A stretch of 64,000 nt of DNA from an uncultured delta proteobacterium (lineage in GTDB: Bacteria > Desulfobacterota > Binatia > Bin18): contig CAVTCR010000062.1 of assembly GCA_963733195.1 (NCBI GenBank), forward strand, positions 378,266 to 442,265. The letters run 5' to 3'. A program made the translations under genes and the position numbers. Below, one piece after another: positions 20,277-32,313 of this stretch. The notes beneath the pieces are model-generated. The model saw nothing but the letters and a program-made list of their open reading frames with translations, had not been told where the DNA came from and did no database searches. The stretch's first letter is position 1. Each line of letters begins with the position of its first letter.

Positions 20277-21368
20277 GTGGCTCAACGTTCTTACCCTCCA
20301 ACAGAAACCATACGCCTCGGGTTCTGGGCTCCCGTGTACGGCAACTGGATCTTCTCGAAGCATCCAGCAACACACAATGCGTCGTTCGATTATACTCGTC
20401 GATTGACAACGCTCGCTGAGGAGATCGGTTTCGCTACCCTGCTCCTTGCCGAGCACACGTTTAATCCATTCGACGCAGAAAGTGATCAGCTCGAAACCTG
20501 GACCTCAACCGCTGGTCTCGCCACCATCACCAAACACATTGAGTTAATGCCTGCGGTACGACCCACGTTTAAGCATCCAGTGCTGACAGCCAAAATGGCA
20601 GGCAACATCGATCAGATGAGCGGCGGACGGATGGCGATCAATCTCGTCTCCGGCTGGTGGCAAAAAGAAAGTGATGCCATGGGAATCCCAAGTCTTCCCC
20701 ATGACGATCGCTATCAACGTTCGGAGGAGTATCTCACGATTCTCAAGGGTTTGTGGACGCAACCGCACTTCAGTTTCTCTGGTCAGTATTATCAAGTGAA
20801 CGATGTCACGCTTGCCCCACTACCAGTGCGTAAACCACACCCGCGCATTTATCTCGGTGGAGAGTCTGATATTGCCCAGCGTTTGGCTGCTAAATTAGCT
20901 GACGACTATCTTATCAATGGCCGTCCGGTTGAAGAAGTAAAGCAATTGATCGACCATATCCGGCCGTATGCGGCTGAATCTGGGCGCCGCTTGCAGTTTG
21001 GTATCAGTGCGTTTGTCATTTGCCGCAAGACTGAAGAAGAGGCGTGGAAAGAACACGCGCGCCTCCACTCCATACGCGCGGAAGAGATGATCCCAGGTGT
21101 CGATCGTAAAGTTACGATGATCCGTACTTATGCGTATCGCGCCGGTGCAGTCGGCTCGAACGGTGGCACTGATGCAGGCCTGGTTGGCACACCACAACAG
21201 ATCGCTGATCGCCTGCGTGCGTTTCACGATATCGGAGTGACGACGTTTCTCCTACAATTTCACCCGATGTTAGAAGAGATGCAACGGTTCGGTGAGGAAG
21301 TTGTGCCGCTGTTAGAAAAAGCCAACGTGTGGCAACATCCGGCTCGCAGCGAGGCGCGTCATGTTTGA
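20277..21368 (+). CDS. LLM-class flavin-dependent monooxygenase (SsuD/SfnG-like)
   Basis: AEEIGF, AKMAGNIDQMSGGRMAINLVSGW, IYLGGES, GLVGTPQQIA. Confidence 0.9.
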   Translation: MAQRSYPPTETIRLGFWAPVYGNWIFSKHPATHNASFDYTRRLTTLAEEIGFATLLLAEHTFNPFDAESDQLETWTSTAGLATITKHIELMPAVRPTFKHPVLTAKMAGNIDQMSGGRMAINLVSGWWQKESDAMGIPSLPHDDRYQRSEEYLTILKGLWTQPHFSFSGQYYQVNDVTLAPLPVRKPHPRIYLGGESDIAQRLAAKLADDYLINGRPVEEVKQLIDHIRPYAAESGRRLQFGISAFVICRKTEEEAWKEHARLHSIRAEEMIPGVDRKVTMIRTYAYRAGAVGSNGGTDAGLVGTPQQIADRLRAFHDIGVTTFLLQFHPMLEEMQRFGEEVVPLLEKANVWQHPARSEARHV

Positions 21369-21488
21369 TATCTCGGTCCTTCCACAGTTAATCCGTCATG
21401 ATAGTGAATACTTCCACAGTGGCTCGCCAGAGGAACAGGAACGACGGCAACGTCAGCTCGTGGCTGATAACGAAGTCTTACTGAAACC

Positions 21489-21656
21489 ATGCTGGAGGGA
21501 ATGCGGCACAACGCTGAACGCTTCTTGATAGAGAAACTCGGCCTTGATCCGTCGGTAATGGAAGCATTTGCCCATATTCCTGAGCGTACCCGGTTCATCT
21601 ACCGCACGATTGGTATTGAAGAGAGCAATTGGCCGTTATGGTTGAAGGCGGCATAA
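21489..21656 (+). pseudogene. Short ORF, probably a C-terminal gene remnant
   Basis: MLEGMRHNAERFLIEKLGLDP...WPLWLKAA*; upstream sequence blocked by stops. Confidence 0.3.
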
Positions 21657-21671
21657 CACAGGAGGGACACC

Positions 21672-22724
21672 ATGAGAGCGTTGGTATTTCTTGGCGTAGG
21701 CAAAGTCGGGGTTGTTGAAAAACCAATCCCTGATCCTGGCCCCAATGATGCTGTAGTGAAAACGACGGCGTCACTTATTTGCACTTCCGATGTGCATACC
21801 GTGCGTGGTGTCATTGAAATCCCTAGCGGTCGGGGTCTCGGACATGAAAGTGTTGGCGTTGTGTCCAAGGTCGGTGCAAACGTCACCCGTTGTAAAGAAG
21901 GGGATCGTGTTGCGGTCTGCGCCATTACTCCCTGTGGACACTGTGAGAACTGTCAACGCGGTTTTACCTCACAATGTGGTGGGATGTTGGGTGGCTACAA
22001 ATACACCACGCAACGCGACGGTAATCTCTCCGAGTATTTCTTCGTCAACGATGCGGACTATAACCTCGCGCCCATTCCCAAGTCGTTGAGTGACGAACAA
22101 GCCGCGTATACGACAGATATGTTAACAACTGGTTTGGCCGGGGCTGAAAATGCCGAGATCCCTCCCGGTGGAACAGTAGCAGTTTTTGCGCAAGGACCCG
22201 TCGGTCTTGCGTCGACTATGATGTCGCGCCTTTTAGGTGCCGGGTTAGTGATCGCTGTCGAGTCCAAACCCGACCGTAAGGCATTGGCAAAGAAACTGGG
22301 GGCCGATGTTGTAGTTGATCCTACCCAAGGTGATGTCGTCGAGCAGATTCGTCAGCTCACCGGAGGTGAAGGAGTTGATTCTGCGATTGAGGCACTTGGT
22401 CATCCAGTGACGTTTGAGAATTGCATTAAGGCCACGCGACCAGGTGGGGTGATCTCGAACGTTGGTTACCATGGTGAGGCTGGGAATACTTTACAAATCC
22501 CACTACCGGACTTCGGCCTTGGCATGGGAGACAAGCAGATTCGCACGGCACTGTGCCCCGGTGGGCGCGAGCGGATGATGCGTTTACTGCGACTCTTGGA
22601 GAGTGGTCGAATTGATCCGACGCCGATGACCACCCATCGTTTTCCGTTTTCACAAGTTGAGCGGGCGTTTCAGATGATGGAAACGAAAGAAGATAACATC
22701 GTGAAACCGTTGATTACGTTCTAG
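21672..22724 (+). CDS. Zn-dependent NAD(P) alcohol dehydrogenase (secondary ADH-like)
   Basis: ICTSDVH, GHESVG, CGHCENCQRGFTSQC, QGPVGL, LCPGGRERM. Confidence 0.92.
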   Translation: MRALVFLGVGKVGVVEKPIPDPGPNDAVVKTTASLICTSDVHTVRGVIEIPSGRGLGHESVGVVSKVGANVTRCKEGDRVAVCAITPCGHCENCQRGFTSQCGGMLGGYKYTTQRDGNLSEYFFVNDADYNLAPIPKSLSDEQAAYTTDMLTTGLAGAENAEIPPGGTVAVFAQGPVGLASTMMSRLLGAGLVIAVESKPDRKALAKKLGADVVVDPTQGDVVEQIRQLTGGEGVDSAIEALGHPVTFENCIKATRPGGVISNVGYHGEAGNTLQIPLPDFGLGMGDKQIRTALCPGGRERMMRLLRLLESGRIDPTPMTTHRFPFSQVERAFQMMETKEDNIVKPLITF

Positions 22725-22752
22725 TGGATGACCATGGAAATTTTGAGTAGGG

Positions 22753-23012
22753 AAAGATTGCTTCGTCGCGGAGTTTATCCTGAGCGTGTCGAAGGGCTCC
22801 GCGCAATGACAGCCCTCCTTGTCATTGCGAGTTATCCATAGCGCAGTACGCTAAGCATGGAGGCAGAAACTGGATGCGCCTGAATTCCGGGTCTCGCGGT
22901 GCTCGCCCGGAATGACGGGTATGTCGTCTGCGTCATTCCAGCGCAAGCTGGAATCCAGGGGGCAGTGGGCGGAGCATTTTGTTTCTGAGCAGCGCAACGA
23001 AGCAATCTCCCC
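22753..23012. repeat. Nested cluster of REP-like palindromes
   Basis: AGATTGCTTCG...GCAATGAC/GTCATTGCGAG...CGAAGCAATCTC; CCCGGAATGACG / CGTCATTCCAGCGCAAGCTGGAATCC. Confidence 0.75.
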
Positions 23013-23070
23013 GCGCGATCACAGACTGACCTGTCAAAATCTCTGTGGTCGACCACTAGGGTGAAGATCG

Positions 23071-23484
23071 CTATGTCTGGACTGGCATAAACACCGGCAC
23101 CCAGATCTCCTCCGTCACCTTTCGCAACTGAATTTCCCCTTCCAAGCCAATCACGACAGATTCCACTGGACACTCGACCACTTGCAGGACCATACGCACT
23201 CCTTCAGCGAGATCGACAAGTGCGACGGCATAAGAAATTTCGCCGGTATATGCCGGATGAAATGCACGGTGATAGACCACGAAGCTGTGAATAGTCCCGC
23301 GACGTGACACAGGAAGCCAGCGGGATTCGAGCGATCCGCAGCGTGAACACACCAGGACAGGTGGATAACGCCAGGATTCACAGGAAGTGCACCGCTGGAG
23401 CAACAGTTGACCACGTCGACAGCCGTCCCAGAACGGTGCGGAATCGGGAGTGATGATAGGAAGCGGTTGCAAAATAGCAGGCAT
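23071..23484 (-). CDS. Zn-ribbon/OB-fold protein (DUF35, ChsH2-like)
   Basis: PFWDG..GQLLLQRCTSC...CSRCGS; ALVDLAEGVRM. Confidence 0.9.
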   Translation of the reverse strand: MPAILQPLPIITPDSAPFWDGCRRGQLLLQRCTSCESWRYPPVLVCSRCGSLESRWLPVSRRGTIHSFVVYHRAFHPAYTGEISYAVALVDLAEGVRMVLQVVECPVESVVIGLEGEIQLRKVTEEIWVPVFMPVQT

Positions 23485-23573
23485 AAGGAAAAATCTATAG
23501 TTGTTGAGTGATACCTGTTACGTGATTCGTGGTGCGTGGTGCATTTTCTACATCACGTTCCACGCCTCACGTT

Positions 23574-24742
23574 TTACGTCGTCCCCAAGAGTAGGGTGGC
23601 ATGCGCGGCCAACACTCCAGCACCACCACTGACGAGACCGACTTGAGCGTTCGGCACTTGCCGTACTCCAGCCTGGCCGCGTAACTGTTTCACTGCTTCA
23701 GTCACATGCAAAATACCATCAGCGTGTGCTTGTGAGAGTAATCCTCCGTGTGTATTCACCGGAAGTTCTCCTCCCAAGCCGATGCGTCCACCTTCGACAA
23801 AGGAACCGCCTTCACCTTTGGCGCAAAAGCCGTAATCTTCTAATTGCACTAAAACCGTGTACGTAAACGAATCGTACAGTTCGGCGAAATCAATATCCCG
23901 GCACGACACGCCTGCCATTTGTAATGCAGATGGTCCAGATTTAACTGCTCCACAGGATGTGACGTCTTCGTCTTGCATTAGATAACGATGGGGATGCGAT
24001 TCTCCATACCCGAGAACAGCCACCGGCTTCTGCGGCAGATCGAAGCTGCACGTTCATGTTGTCGTCACGATAAACGCCCCACCGTAATCGGAAACGAGCG
24101 AGCAATCAGGCAAGCGGAACGGCTCGACGATCCACGGAGCAGCGGAAGGTAATCGTCAAGTGTGAGCGGTTTACGTATTTGCGCATTATCAGTCAACAAT
24201 GCATGCTGTCGCTGCATAACAGCGATCATTCCTAATTGTTCAGGCGTCGTCCCATAGCGATGCATGTGTCGTTTCGCCGCAAGTGCATATCCCGCCGGTG
24301 GACCGATCAAGACCAAACGGTTCTTCCCAGTCTTCGTACCCCCAATGCAATTTGCCGTGTGTTGGATGAGGGGACTTATTGTAGCTCAACCAGTTCTCAC
24401 CAAAGGCAACAAGTACGGTGTGACACACATCGGCTTCGATAGCTCGCGCTGCCTCGGCCAAGGGCAAGAATTGGCGTACATCCACCGACATGCAGATCAT
24501 GGCCATAACGCAATCGTAATCCCCAAGGGACTCGGCCAAGCTGATCAGTAAAGAGAAACGTTGGCTCTTGATAGGGAGCCTTGCTGAGGCAACCATCAAT
24601 GTCTCTGAGTGTGAGTCCCGGCATCTAGCAAAGCACGTGAGACTGATTGCACAGTCAAGGACATACTGGTGCTGTTCGGCACTAAGCCAAGCGTACTTTC
24701 TCCAATGCCAACGATGCAAATGTGTGGATGACTACGTACCAT
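23574..24742 (-). CDS. Thiolase-like / lipid-transfer (SCP-x, Ltp2-like) protein, frameshifted
   Basis: CIVGIGES, YALAAKRHMHRYGTT, AELYDSFT, GELPVNTHGGLLS, EAVKQLRG. Confidence 0.85.
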
Positions 24743-24931
24743 TCCTTCTCCGTCCGGTTGTTGCTCGTGCGCATGGTGCACGCTACTGAGCTGGGTTCAG
24801 CATCCTGCGCCCCTACAAGACGGCGCTCCGGCAAGGTTTGTTTCCCTCTTGTCCTTCTCGTGAGCGGTCAGTATCGTATGGTTCCGTACCATCCGCAGGT
24901 ATATCCAGCAAGATGTAGGAAGGAGGACTTC

Positions 24932-26161
24932 ATGGCTTTTTACCAACTCGATCCTGAAGTCACCCCACAAGAAGTGGGCATGGACAGCACAACAGTCAAC
25001 AAACTCACAACGCTATTCCGTACAGAAGTCGAGTCAGGAAAATTATTTTGGGGTGCCCAGCTCGCCGTATTTCGACGTGGCAAGCGTGTTCTCGACATCG
25101 GCGGAGGACTTGCCCGCGCAAGCGATCAGAAGCCCATTACTCCAGAAAGCATGTTCGTCCTCTTTTCTTCGACCAAAGGCCTCGCTGCACTGGCAATGCA
25201 TATGCTGCAAGATCGAGGTCGCTTCCAGTACAGCGATCTCGTTTCTCGTTACTGGCCAGAGTTCGCTCGTAATGGCAAAGAACGGGCGACGATTGCCCAT
25301 GTTCTCGGTCATCGTATTGGCAACACGATTGGGCCAGATTGGTTAACCTACAAACTGTGGGGAGATCGGCAGAAGTGTGCGCAAGCGATGGAAGAATTAA
25401 CGCCGCGCTGGACGCCGGGTGAAGCGAGCGGTTACCATCCGCTCAACTACGGCTTCATGATCAACGAGTTGATGTTGCGCATCGACGGACGCGATTGTGG
25501 ACAATTTCTTCGCGAAGAAGTGTTTACGCCGCTAGGACTGAACAGCGTGTTTGTTGGCTTACCCGAGTCCGAAGAAGCGCGTGTGGCCTGTGTCTATGAA
25601 GCCCCGGCAGACCGTGCGTCAATCACGCAGATGGCGACGATGATGGGTTTCACTCCTGATGAAGAATACTTTGCGTTTCAGCGATTGCTCAATTTTGATG
25701 AAAAGATAGAGGGGCAGTCGCTGCCTTTTCCTGAGGCGGCAAATATCTTCAACCGTCCAGAAGTACATCGTGTGGTCGTTGCCGGTGGTGGGGGTATTGG
25801 CTCTGCTCGTGATATGGCGAAAGTCTATGCCATGCTCGCTTGCGGAGCGGAATGGGAAGGCACGCGTTATCTCTCTACAGAAACCTTGCAACGTTCGATT
25901 ACGCCAACCAACGAGAAGGGTGACATCGATCGTTCGTTGCGCATTCCGATCATCTACGGATTGGGCTGGATGCTTGGACATCTTGCGCGCGGGGCAAGCT
26001 TGCGCACGTTCGGTCATCCCGGCAAAGGTGGGCAGGTGTGTCTCGCTGACCTTGATCGTGAGTTGTCGTTCTCGTTTCTCAATACCGGCCAGAAAGACTA
26101 TGCCGGGTTTGCCCAGTTTTCGATCGAACTCGTTTCCCTTGCCCTTGATGCGTGTCGATAA
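24932..26161 (+). CDS. Serine hydrolase, beta-lactamase family
   Basis: FSSTK (SxxK), GYHPLNYG, FGHPGKGG; AGGAGG RBS. Confidence 0.9.
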   Translation: MAFYQLDPEVTPQEVGMDSTTVNKLTTLFRTEVESGKLFWGAQLAVFRRGKRVLDIGGGLARASDQKPITPESMFVLFSSTKGLAALAMHMLQDRGRFQYSDLVSRYWPEFARNGKERATIAHVLGHRIGNTIGPDWLTYKLWGDRQKCAQAMEELTPRWTPGEASGYHPLNYGFMINELMLRIDGRDCGQFLREEVFTPLGLNSVFVGLPESEEARVACVYEAPADRASITQMATMMGFTPDEEYFAFQRLLNFDEKIEGQSLPFPEAANIFNRPEVHRVVVAGGGGIGSARDMAKVYAMLACGAEWEGTRYLSTETLQRSITPTNEKGDIDRSLRIPIIYGLGWMLGHLARGASLRTFGHPGKGGQVCLADLDRELSFSFLNTGQKDYAGFAQFSIELVSLALDACR

Positions 26162-26167
26162 ACGACA

Positions 26168-26800
26168 ATGAAACGCCTTCTCCTCACCTGCAGTATATGG
26201 GGGCTGTGGGTTGTCGCTGCCGGTGCAGCTTCCGGTCCAGAGTTCGGAATTCGTCTGTTCAACGATAAACAATGGACCACGGCACAACAGTTTTTCGAAT
26301 CGTTCACCGCAAAACATCCGACTGACGCGGTGGGAGCATTCTATCTTGGACGCACGTTGTTTGAACAAGAGCAATACGAGCAAGCTATAGAATGGTTAGA
26401 AAAAGCGGCTTTGCTCAATAGCGGCGACTCATATTATCACCTTTGGTTAGGACGTGCGTACGGTAATAGTGCACAGCGAGCAAGCATTCTGTGGCAATTT
26501 CCCCTTGCCCGTAAAGTCAGGATCCACTTTGAAAAAGCGGTTAAACTTGACCCAGACAATGTCGATGCACGTGCTGACTTAGCAGAGTACTACCTCAAAG
26601 CGCCGCGTATTCTTGGTGGGGGAAAAGAAAAGGCCGAAGCCCAAGCCCATGAAATTTCATACCGCAATTTACAGGAAGGGTTACGCGTTTGGCGGATGAT
26701 TGCTGCAGAGAGTGCACAGGAATACGTCGAGGCAGAGCAAGAACGACAGAAACAGCTACAGGAGAGCGAAGCGACATTGGGGAAAAGAGTTTTGCCATGA
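26168..26800 (+). CDS. Tetratricopeptide repeat protein, secreted
   Basis: TPR motifs [21 protein letters not shown]. Confidence 0.85.
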   Translation: MKRLLLTCSIWGLWVVAAGAASGPEFGIRLFNDKQWTTAQQFFESFTAKHPTDAVGAFYLGRTLFEQEQYEQAIEWLEKAALLNSGDSYYHLWLGRAYGNSAQRASILWQFPLARKVRIHFEKAVKLDPDNVDARADLAEYYLKAPRILGGGKEKAEAQAHEISYRNLQEGLRVWRMIAAESAQEYVEAEQERQKQLQESEATLGKRVLP

Positions 26801-26982
26801 ACTTCACTCACAAATACATACAAACGAATGGTATCCGGATGCATGTAGTCGAAGCTGGCAGCGGGTTTCCTGTGCTCTTATGCCACGGGTTTCCTGAGTT
26901 ATGGTACTCCTGGCGGCACCAACTCAAGGAGAAGCCCGTAGAGGTGAATGCGGCGTTGTTGGAGTTTTTGCGGGAGTTCTGA
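26797..26982 (+). pseudogene. Internally deleted epoxide-hydrolase-like alpha/beta hydrolase
   Basis: N-terminus ([28 protein letters not shown]) joined directly to C-terminus ([14 protein letters not shown]). Confidence 0.8.
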
Positions 26983-26993
26983 AAGTAAGAATA

Positions 26994-27022
26994 GGAGAGG
27001 CGCAGACTATCTGCGCCTCTCC
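26994..27022. terminator. Hairpin terminator between convergent genes, downstream of ftsZ
   Basis: GGAGAGGCGCAGA-CTA-TCTGCGCCTCTCC perfect 13-bp stem. Confidence 0.75.
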
Positions 27023-27046
27023 TTGCTCTGTATACGGTGCAGATCG

Positions 27047-28258
27047 CTAGTTTGCATGTTTCCGCAAGAACGCCGGGATATCGAACTTATCTTCGCTCTC
27101 AGCATGCGACGTTGATGTTACAGCAGGCGCGTTTTCTGCTTGCCGTTTACGTTGCCAGGTCGGCACGTCAAGATCGTCAATTGAGCCCATATGCACAACT
27201 TTCCGTCCACCTAGAGCAATCGGCTGTTGTCCACGAACTCCGACTCCACCACGCAGCGCGCTGAGCGACGGTTTTCCGGTTGTCGGTAGCTGCAACACTT
27301 CTTCCTCACCAAATCCGGTCGCAATCACAGTGATACGGAGTTCATCACCAAGAGTTTCGTCGATCACGGCACCAAAGATAATGTTGGCCTCTTCGTCTGC
27401 TTCTTCTTGAATCAGCGTTGCTGCTTCATTAACCTCATGGAGTGTAAGATCAGCACCCCCAGTGACGTTGATCAATACACCTTTCGCGCCACGGATCGAG
27501 ATATCTTCAAGCAACGGACTCGCGATAGCCCGTCGCGCTGCTTCTTCGGCGCGATTCTCACCAGTCGCCAATGCCGCACCCATAATCGCCATACCCATTT
27601 CCGACATAATCGTTCGTACATCAGCGAAATCGAGGTTAATCAGTCCGTGAACAGTAATGAGATCAGAGATGCCACGCACAGCCTGCAACAGCACTTCATC
27701 TGCTTTGCGGAACGCTTCTAGTAACGGTTGACTGCGGCTGGCGACTGCAAGTAAGCGTTGGTTCGGGATCGAAATCAGCGTATCTACGTTTGCCTTTAGT
27801 TCCCGCAACCCCTCTTCTGCCTGACGCATCCTTTTTTTGCCTTCAAAGAGGAAAGGTTTGGAAACTACACCTACAGTAAGTGCACCCATTTCTTTAGCGA
27901 TACGTGCCACCACGGGAGCCCCACCGGTTCCCGTCCCGCCTCCCATCCCCCCAGTCACGAACACCATATCCGCGCCACTGAGCAACTCGCGGATCTCGTC
28001 TTCAGTCTCCATCGTCGCGCGGCGACCAATCTCCGGGTTCGCTCCCGCCCCAAGTCCTTTGGTGAGGTCACCGCCAAGTTGGACCTTGGTGGGCGCAAGA
28101 TTCACCCGCAAGGCCTGCGCGTCAGTATTCGCGGTAATGAAATCAACACCAGAGAGCCCAGCCGCAATCATAGTGTTTACCGCATTCCCGCCAGCGCCAC
28201 CAACGCCAACGATGCGAATCTGGGCCTTATTGCCATCCTGCTCAACAAATTCGATCAT
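27047..28258 (-). CDS. ftsZ: Cell division protein FtsZ
   Basis: [36 protein letters not shown]. Confidence 0.98.
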   Translation of the reverse strand: MIEFVEQDGNKAQIRIVGVGGAGGNAVNTMIAAGLSGVDFITANTDAQALRVNLAPTKVQLGGDLTKGLGAGANPEIGRRATMETEDEIRELLSGADMVFVTGGMGGGTGTGGAPVVARIAKEMGALTVGVVSKPFLFEGKKRMRQAEEGLRELKANVDTLISIPNQRLLAVASRSQPLLEAFRKADEVLLQAVRGISDLITVHGLINLDFADVRTIMSEMGMAIMGAALATGENRAEEAARRAIASPLLEDISIRGAKGVLINVTGGADLTLHEVNEAATLIQEEADEEANIIFGAVIDETLGDELRITVIATGFGEEEVLQLPTTGKPSLSALRGGVGVRGQQPIALGGRKVVHMGSIDDLDVPTWQRKRQAENAPAVTSTSHAESEDKFDIPAFLRKHAN

Positions 28259-28314
28259 CTCACACCTCCTCCTGTTGTTACTGTCCCTCCCCTGCGGGAG
28301 GTTCTGTTACTGCG

Positions 28315-29547
28315 TTAGAAAAAATCACGAAACCATTCGGCGACTCGTTCTCGCATCCGCTGCCATCCATGTCCGCTCTGGCCACGTGCGACTCCGTTGC
28401 CGTGATGATGCTGGAGTTCACGCAGCGCGAGCCCGATACCAGTGGCGTACATCGGCCCATTCACCGCATCGACAGTATTGCCAAGGAACCGTGGCACCCC
28501 ACGTCGGATCGGCAACCGAAAGACCCGTTCCGCTAGCTCCGTCATCCCTTCCATGATGGCACTGCCACCAGTCAGAACGATTCCAGCACCGAGTCTTCCT
28601 AACAACCCATTCGCTTCACACTGTTCTTTAACTAAGGAAAAGATCTCTTCTGCCCGTGGTTCAATAATCTCACTGAGTTTGCGGCGCGGCATCGGCGAGG
28701 GATCGCGCCCCCCGACCCTCGGCATTTCAATCATCTCACCAGGAGTTATCATATCTACGAGTGCACAGCCATGCCGTTGCTTAATTTTCTCGGCCTCCGC
28801 CTCAGGAATGCGCAGGCCGACAGCAAGGTCCTTGGTCATGTTATAACCACCAACGGGAAGCACAGCAGTATGCGTGACCGCTCCGCGCTGGAAAGCTACA
28901 ATGCTTGTCGTTCCGCTGCCGATATCAAGGAGTACAACTCCTAACTCCCTCTCTTCCGGCGTGAGCACGGCCTCGGCAGCCGCGAGGCCACCAAAGTGCA
29001 TACTATTGACGTGCAATCCTGCCCGCTCGCAACAGCGCGCAAGGCTTTCAAGGGCACCGGTCGCAGCCATGACAAGGTGGACGTTCGCCTCAAGTCGCAC
29101 TCCCGAGGTTCCGACCGGCTCGTGCCCACGATCTTGCCCATCGACGAAGAACTCCTGCGGAACCACGTGGAGGATCTCACACTCTGCCGGCAACGCGACC
29201 GTGCGCGCAACCTCAATCACTCGCGCGACATCTTCCGGTGAGACTTCACGATCCTTGACAACTACCATCCCCGGACTCGTCAAGCCGGTGATATGAGCAC
29301 CGGCAATCGCCGTACAGACATTATGAATCTCACTACTCGTGCCAAGCTGCGCTTCTTCTACTGCTTTGCGAATCGCCTGGACTGTCGCCTCAACGTTAAT
29401 GACTTGCCCTTTTCGTAGACCTCCCTGGGACAAAGCGGTCCCCACTCCCAGTACTTCGATGCCTTCCGGCGTGGATTCTGCCACGACAACAGCGGTTTTA
29501 TAGGTTCCGACATCAAGACTCACAATGAGAGAGTTTTCTTTCGCCAT
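28315..29547 (-). CDS. ftsA: Cell division protein FtsA
   Basis: LDVGTYK, DIGSGTT, GIVLTGG; synteny. Confidence 0.96.
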   Translation of the reverse strand: MAKENSLIVSLDVGTYKTAVVVAESTPEGIEVLGVGTALSQGGLRKGQVINVEATVQAIRKAVEEAQLGTSSEIHNVCTAIAGAHITGLTSPGMVVVKDREVSPEDVARVIEVARTVALPAECEILHVVPQEFFVDGQDRGHEPVGTSGVRLEANVHLVMAATGALESLARCCERAGLHVNSMHFGGLAAAEAVLTPEERELGVVLLDIGSGTTSIVAFQRGAVTHTAVLPVGGYNMTKDLAVGLRIPEAEAEKIKQRHGCALVDMITPGEMIEMPRVGGRDPSPMPRRKLSEIIEPRAEEIFSLVKEQCEANGLLGRLGAGIVLTGGSAIMEGMTELAERVFRLPIRRGVPRFLGNTVDAVNGPMYATGIGLALRELQHHHGNGVARGQSGHGWQRMRERVAEWFRDFF

Positions 29548-29557
29548 GATACTTCCT

Positions 29558-30422
29558 TTATAGCGGATCAGCAGGAGTTACTGGACGTAATCCGTACTCA
29601 TCAAGAAACGGACGGACGACAACCTGATTTATAAAGCGAGCATCAAACAATGCTGGAGGACCGTCTACTGGCCATTGCGCTAACACGGTCGTGACCTGAG
29701 CAAACTTCTCTGGTGCCGTTTCCCACCCTAAACGAATGGCGAGGTGACGGCGAGCAAGAAACACGGTGTAGCCAGTTCCCCAATCCCAGCGGATCTCCGA
29801 CACGGGCTCAGCCCATAATTCCTTCGCTAACGATAACAGCGATACCGTTCCAGTCAGCGCCGTCCGTGCTGTTGCTGTGTCTAACTCATCTTTAGCGAAC
29901 CCGGTCACATATGGCAGATCAAGTTCTTTCTTCTGTGCTTGCGATGTAAACCACACTCCGTCCTTGTCGAGATAGGTCAATGACGGATGGGCGACGACAG
30001 CGATGGGATGTCGCGTCTGCACTTGTACGACGACGCGCTGTGGAAATTCGCGTCGAACCTCAACATCTCGAATACCCTGGTATGTCAGCAAGCGTGCACG
30101 TACCTGTTCCGGGTCAACAGTCCACAGGTTCATGCCGTGAGTTATCCCACTCCAGGCAATAATCTCTTCTTGTGAGAACAGCGCTCCCACATCCAAGTCA
30201 ATGTCAATCGCACTGATAGAAAAATACGGATGTTGCTGGGTATAGTGGGATATCATCAGCCATCCCGTCGGCGACATACAAACTCGCGCCAAGCAGCATA
30301 AGAAGAGTGAGCATATACCATCGCTTTTGCGTGGGCACGCTTGGAGTTGTGCGCCGGTTCTCGTGCTTGCCCCACGCTTTCCAGCGATTGACCAGTGTTG
30401 CAGTCAGCGACAACGTACTCAC
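29558..30422 (-). CDS. ftsQ: Cell division protein FtsQ/DivIB (one frameshift)
   Basis: TM segment plus POTRA (VEVRREFP), LPYVTG; position between ddl and ftsA. Confidence 0.8.
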
Positions 30423-31357
30423 CGTGCACTCCTTTGGATATGTAAGGTCGCCCGTTGAAGAATGGCTTCCACCAAATCCCCGTAATCCAAACCCACTGCC
30501 GCTGCGATACGCGGGAGATAGCTCAGAGCTGTAAATCCTGGTAGCGAATTAACTTCGAGGAGGAAGACCTCGCCTTGTTCATTGATTCTGGTATCGACAC
30601 GACTGTAACCGCTACAGCCCAACGCCAGGTGCGCCGTCAGCGCAATCTGCAGCACTCGCTCATATAACGACGGTGGTAACGGCGCTGGTAAAATGAACTC
30701 TTCACGACCAGCGGTGTATTTGACGTCGTACGAATGAAACTCACCTTTGGCGACAACTTCCATCGCCCCTAATGCGCGTTCGCCTAGAATCCCGACTGTT
30801 ACCTCTTTACCTGGGATATACGTCTCCACCAATGCTTGCGGATCATAACGGAATGCTTCCGCTAAACCGCTTTGCAGGGTCTCTGCCGAACGAACGATAC
30901 TGACGCCAACACTCGATCCTTCAGTAGTCGGTTTCACTACAACGGGATACGATAGTGTGAGGGTTTCGGGTTTCTCTTTATCAATTACTTGCCACGTTGG
31001 AGTCGGCAAGCCGTAGGTGTGCCACACGCGCTTGGCCATCGGCTTATTCATAGCCAATGCGCTCGCAAGCACACCAGAACCAGTGTACGGCACTCCCAAC
31101 AATTCAAGGACTGCTTGTACTGTTCCGTCTTCACCAAACTTGCCGTGAAGTGCAATGAAGGCAACATCAATGGTGCGGATGTGGGTGATCCATGCACCGG
31201 TTGCATCTACCTCGATTGGCGTCACCGTGTACCCCCGCTCTCGCAACGCCTGACTGACACCGGCTTCGGTCAAACGGGAGATTTCTTGTTCGGCGGAGAG
31301 TCCGCCAAAGAGCACCCCCACTCGTTTGTCGCGCCAAGTTGTACTCATCACATTCAT
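30419..31357 (-). CDS. ddl: D-alanine--D-alanine ligase
   Basis: LHGKFGEDG, PYTGSG, EGSSVG, LEVNSLPG. Confidence 0.96.
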   Translation of the reverse strand: MNVMSTTWRDKRVGVLFGGLSAEQEISRLTEAGVSQALRERGYTVTPIEVDATGAWITHIRTIDVAFIALHGKFGEDGTVQAVLELLGVPYTGSGVLASALAMNKPMAKRVWHTYGLPTPTWQVIDKEKPETLTLSYPVVVKPTTEGSSVGVSIVRSAETLQSGLAEAFRYDPQALVETYIPGKEVTVGILGERALGAMEVVAKGEFHSYDVKYTAGREEFILPAPLPPSLYERVLQIALTAHLALGCSGYSRVDTRINEQGEVFLLEVNSLPGFTALSYLPRIAAAVGLDYGDLVEAILQRATLHIQRSAR

Positions 31358-31394
31358 CCCTTAGTTACGTATCGTCGTCAATCCGAATCTGACC

Positions 31395-32313
31395 CTACCA
31401 ATCCCCCACAAGTCGAACTTCCGGTTCTAACCAAATATTGTTTTTTTCCCATACCGTTCGTTGGATCTGATCCATCAGCAACCTGACATCGCTCGCGCTC
31501 GCGCCTCCAGTATTCACGATAAAATTCGCATGTTGCTCAGATACCTGCGCTCGTCCTTGTACTTGTCCCTTGAGCCCTGCAGATTCAATGAGGCGGCCAG
31601 CATAGGTGCCAGGAGGATTCTTAAAGATCGAGCCAGCATTCGGATACCCGTGAGGTTGAGTCTTGTGGCGTTTGTGTTGTGCCTTGCTCATCACTGCGGC
31701 AATCTCTTCTGCGTGTCCACGCATGAGATGAAACTCTACTTCTGTCACGGCAAATTGAGGCGGTAGCCCTGTCCGTCGATAGGCAAACCCTAGTGCCTCG
31801 CCACGTAAACGTTCACTTCTCCCCTCACGATGTACGCCAGTAATCGCCGCAACAACTGCGCTGAGTTCGCCACCAAACGCGCCGGCATTCATTAAGAGAC
31901 CACCACCAACAGTTCCAGGAATTCCCTCAGCAAACTCCACTCCGCGATAGCCCTTCCGAACCGCCTCGCGGACAAACCGTCCCAATGAATTCGCCGCTCC
32001 GACGCGTACCGTCGCATCCTCGTGGTGATTCCTCCCATCTGACATAGTTAAATCCGTCGCCCAATTTCACCACAACGCCACGAACCCCTTTGTCACTGAC
32101 CAGAATGTTCGTTCCTCCCCCAAGCAGAAACATCGGCACCGATTCTTCAGACAGTAACGCGAGCAACGTTTGCAACTCGTCGAGCGTATCTGGTTCAGCA
32201 AACGCATCTGCAGGCCCACCAATACGGAACGAGGTGTGACGAGCGAGGGAAAAGGAGAACCGCACTCGTTCACCTAACAAGTTGGTCAGTCGCTCGCACA
32301 GTTCAGGACGCAC
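31395..32313 (-). CDS. murB: UDP-N-acetylenolpyruvoylglucosamine reductase (one frameshift)
   Basis: HTSFRIGGPAD, GIPGTVGG..MNAGA, NAGSIFKNP, HANFIVN. Confidence 0.95.
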
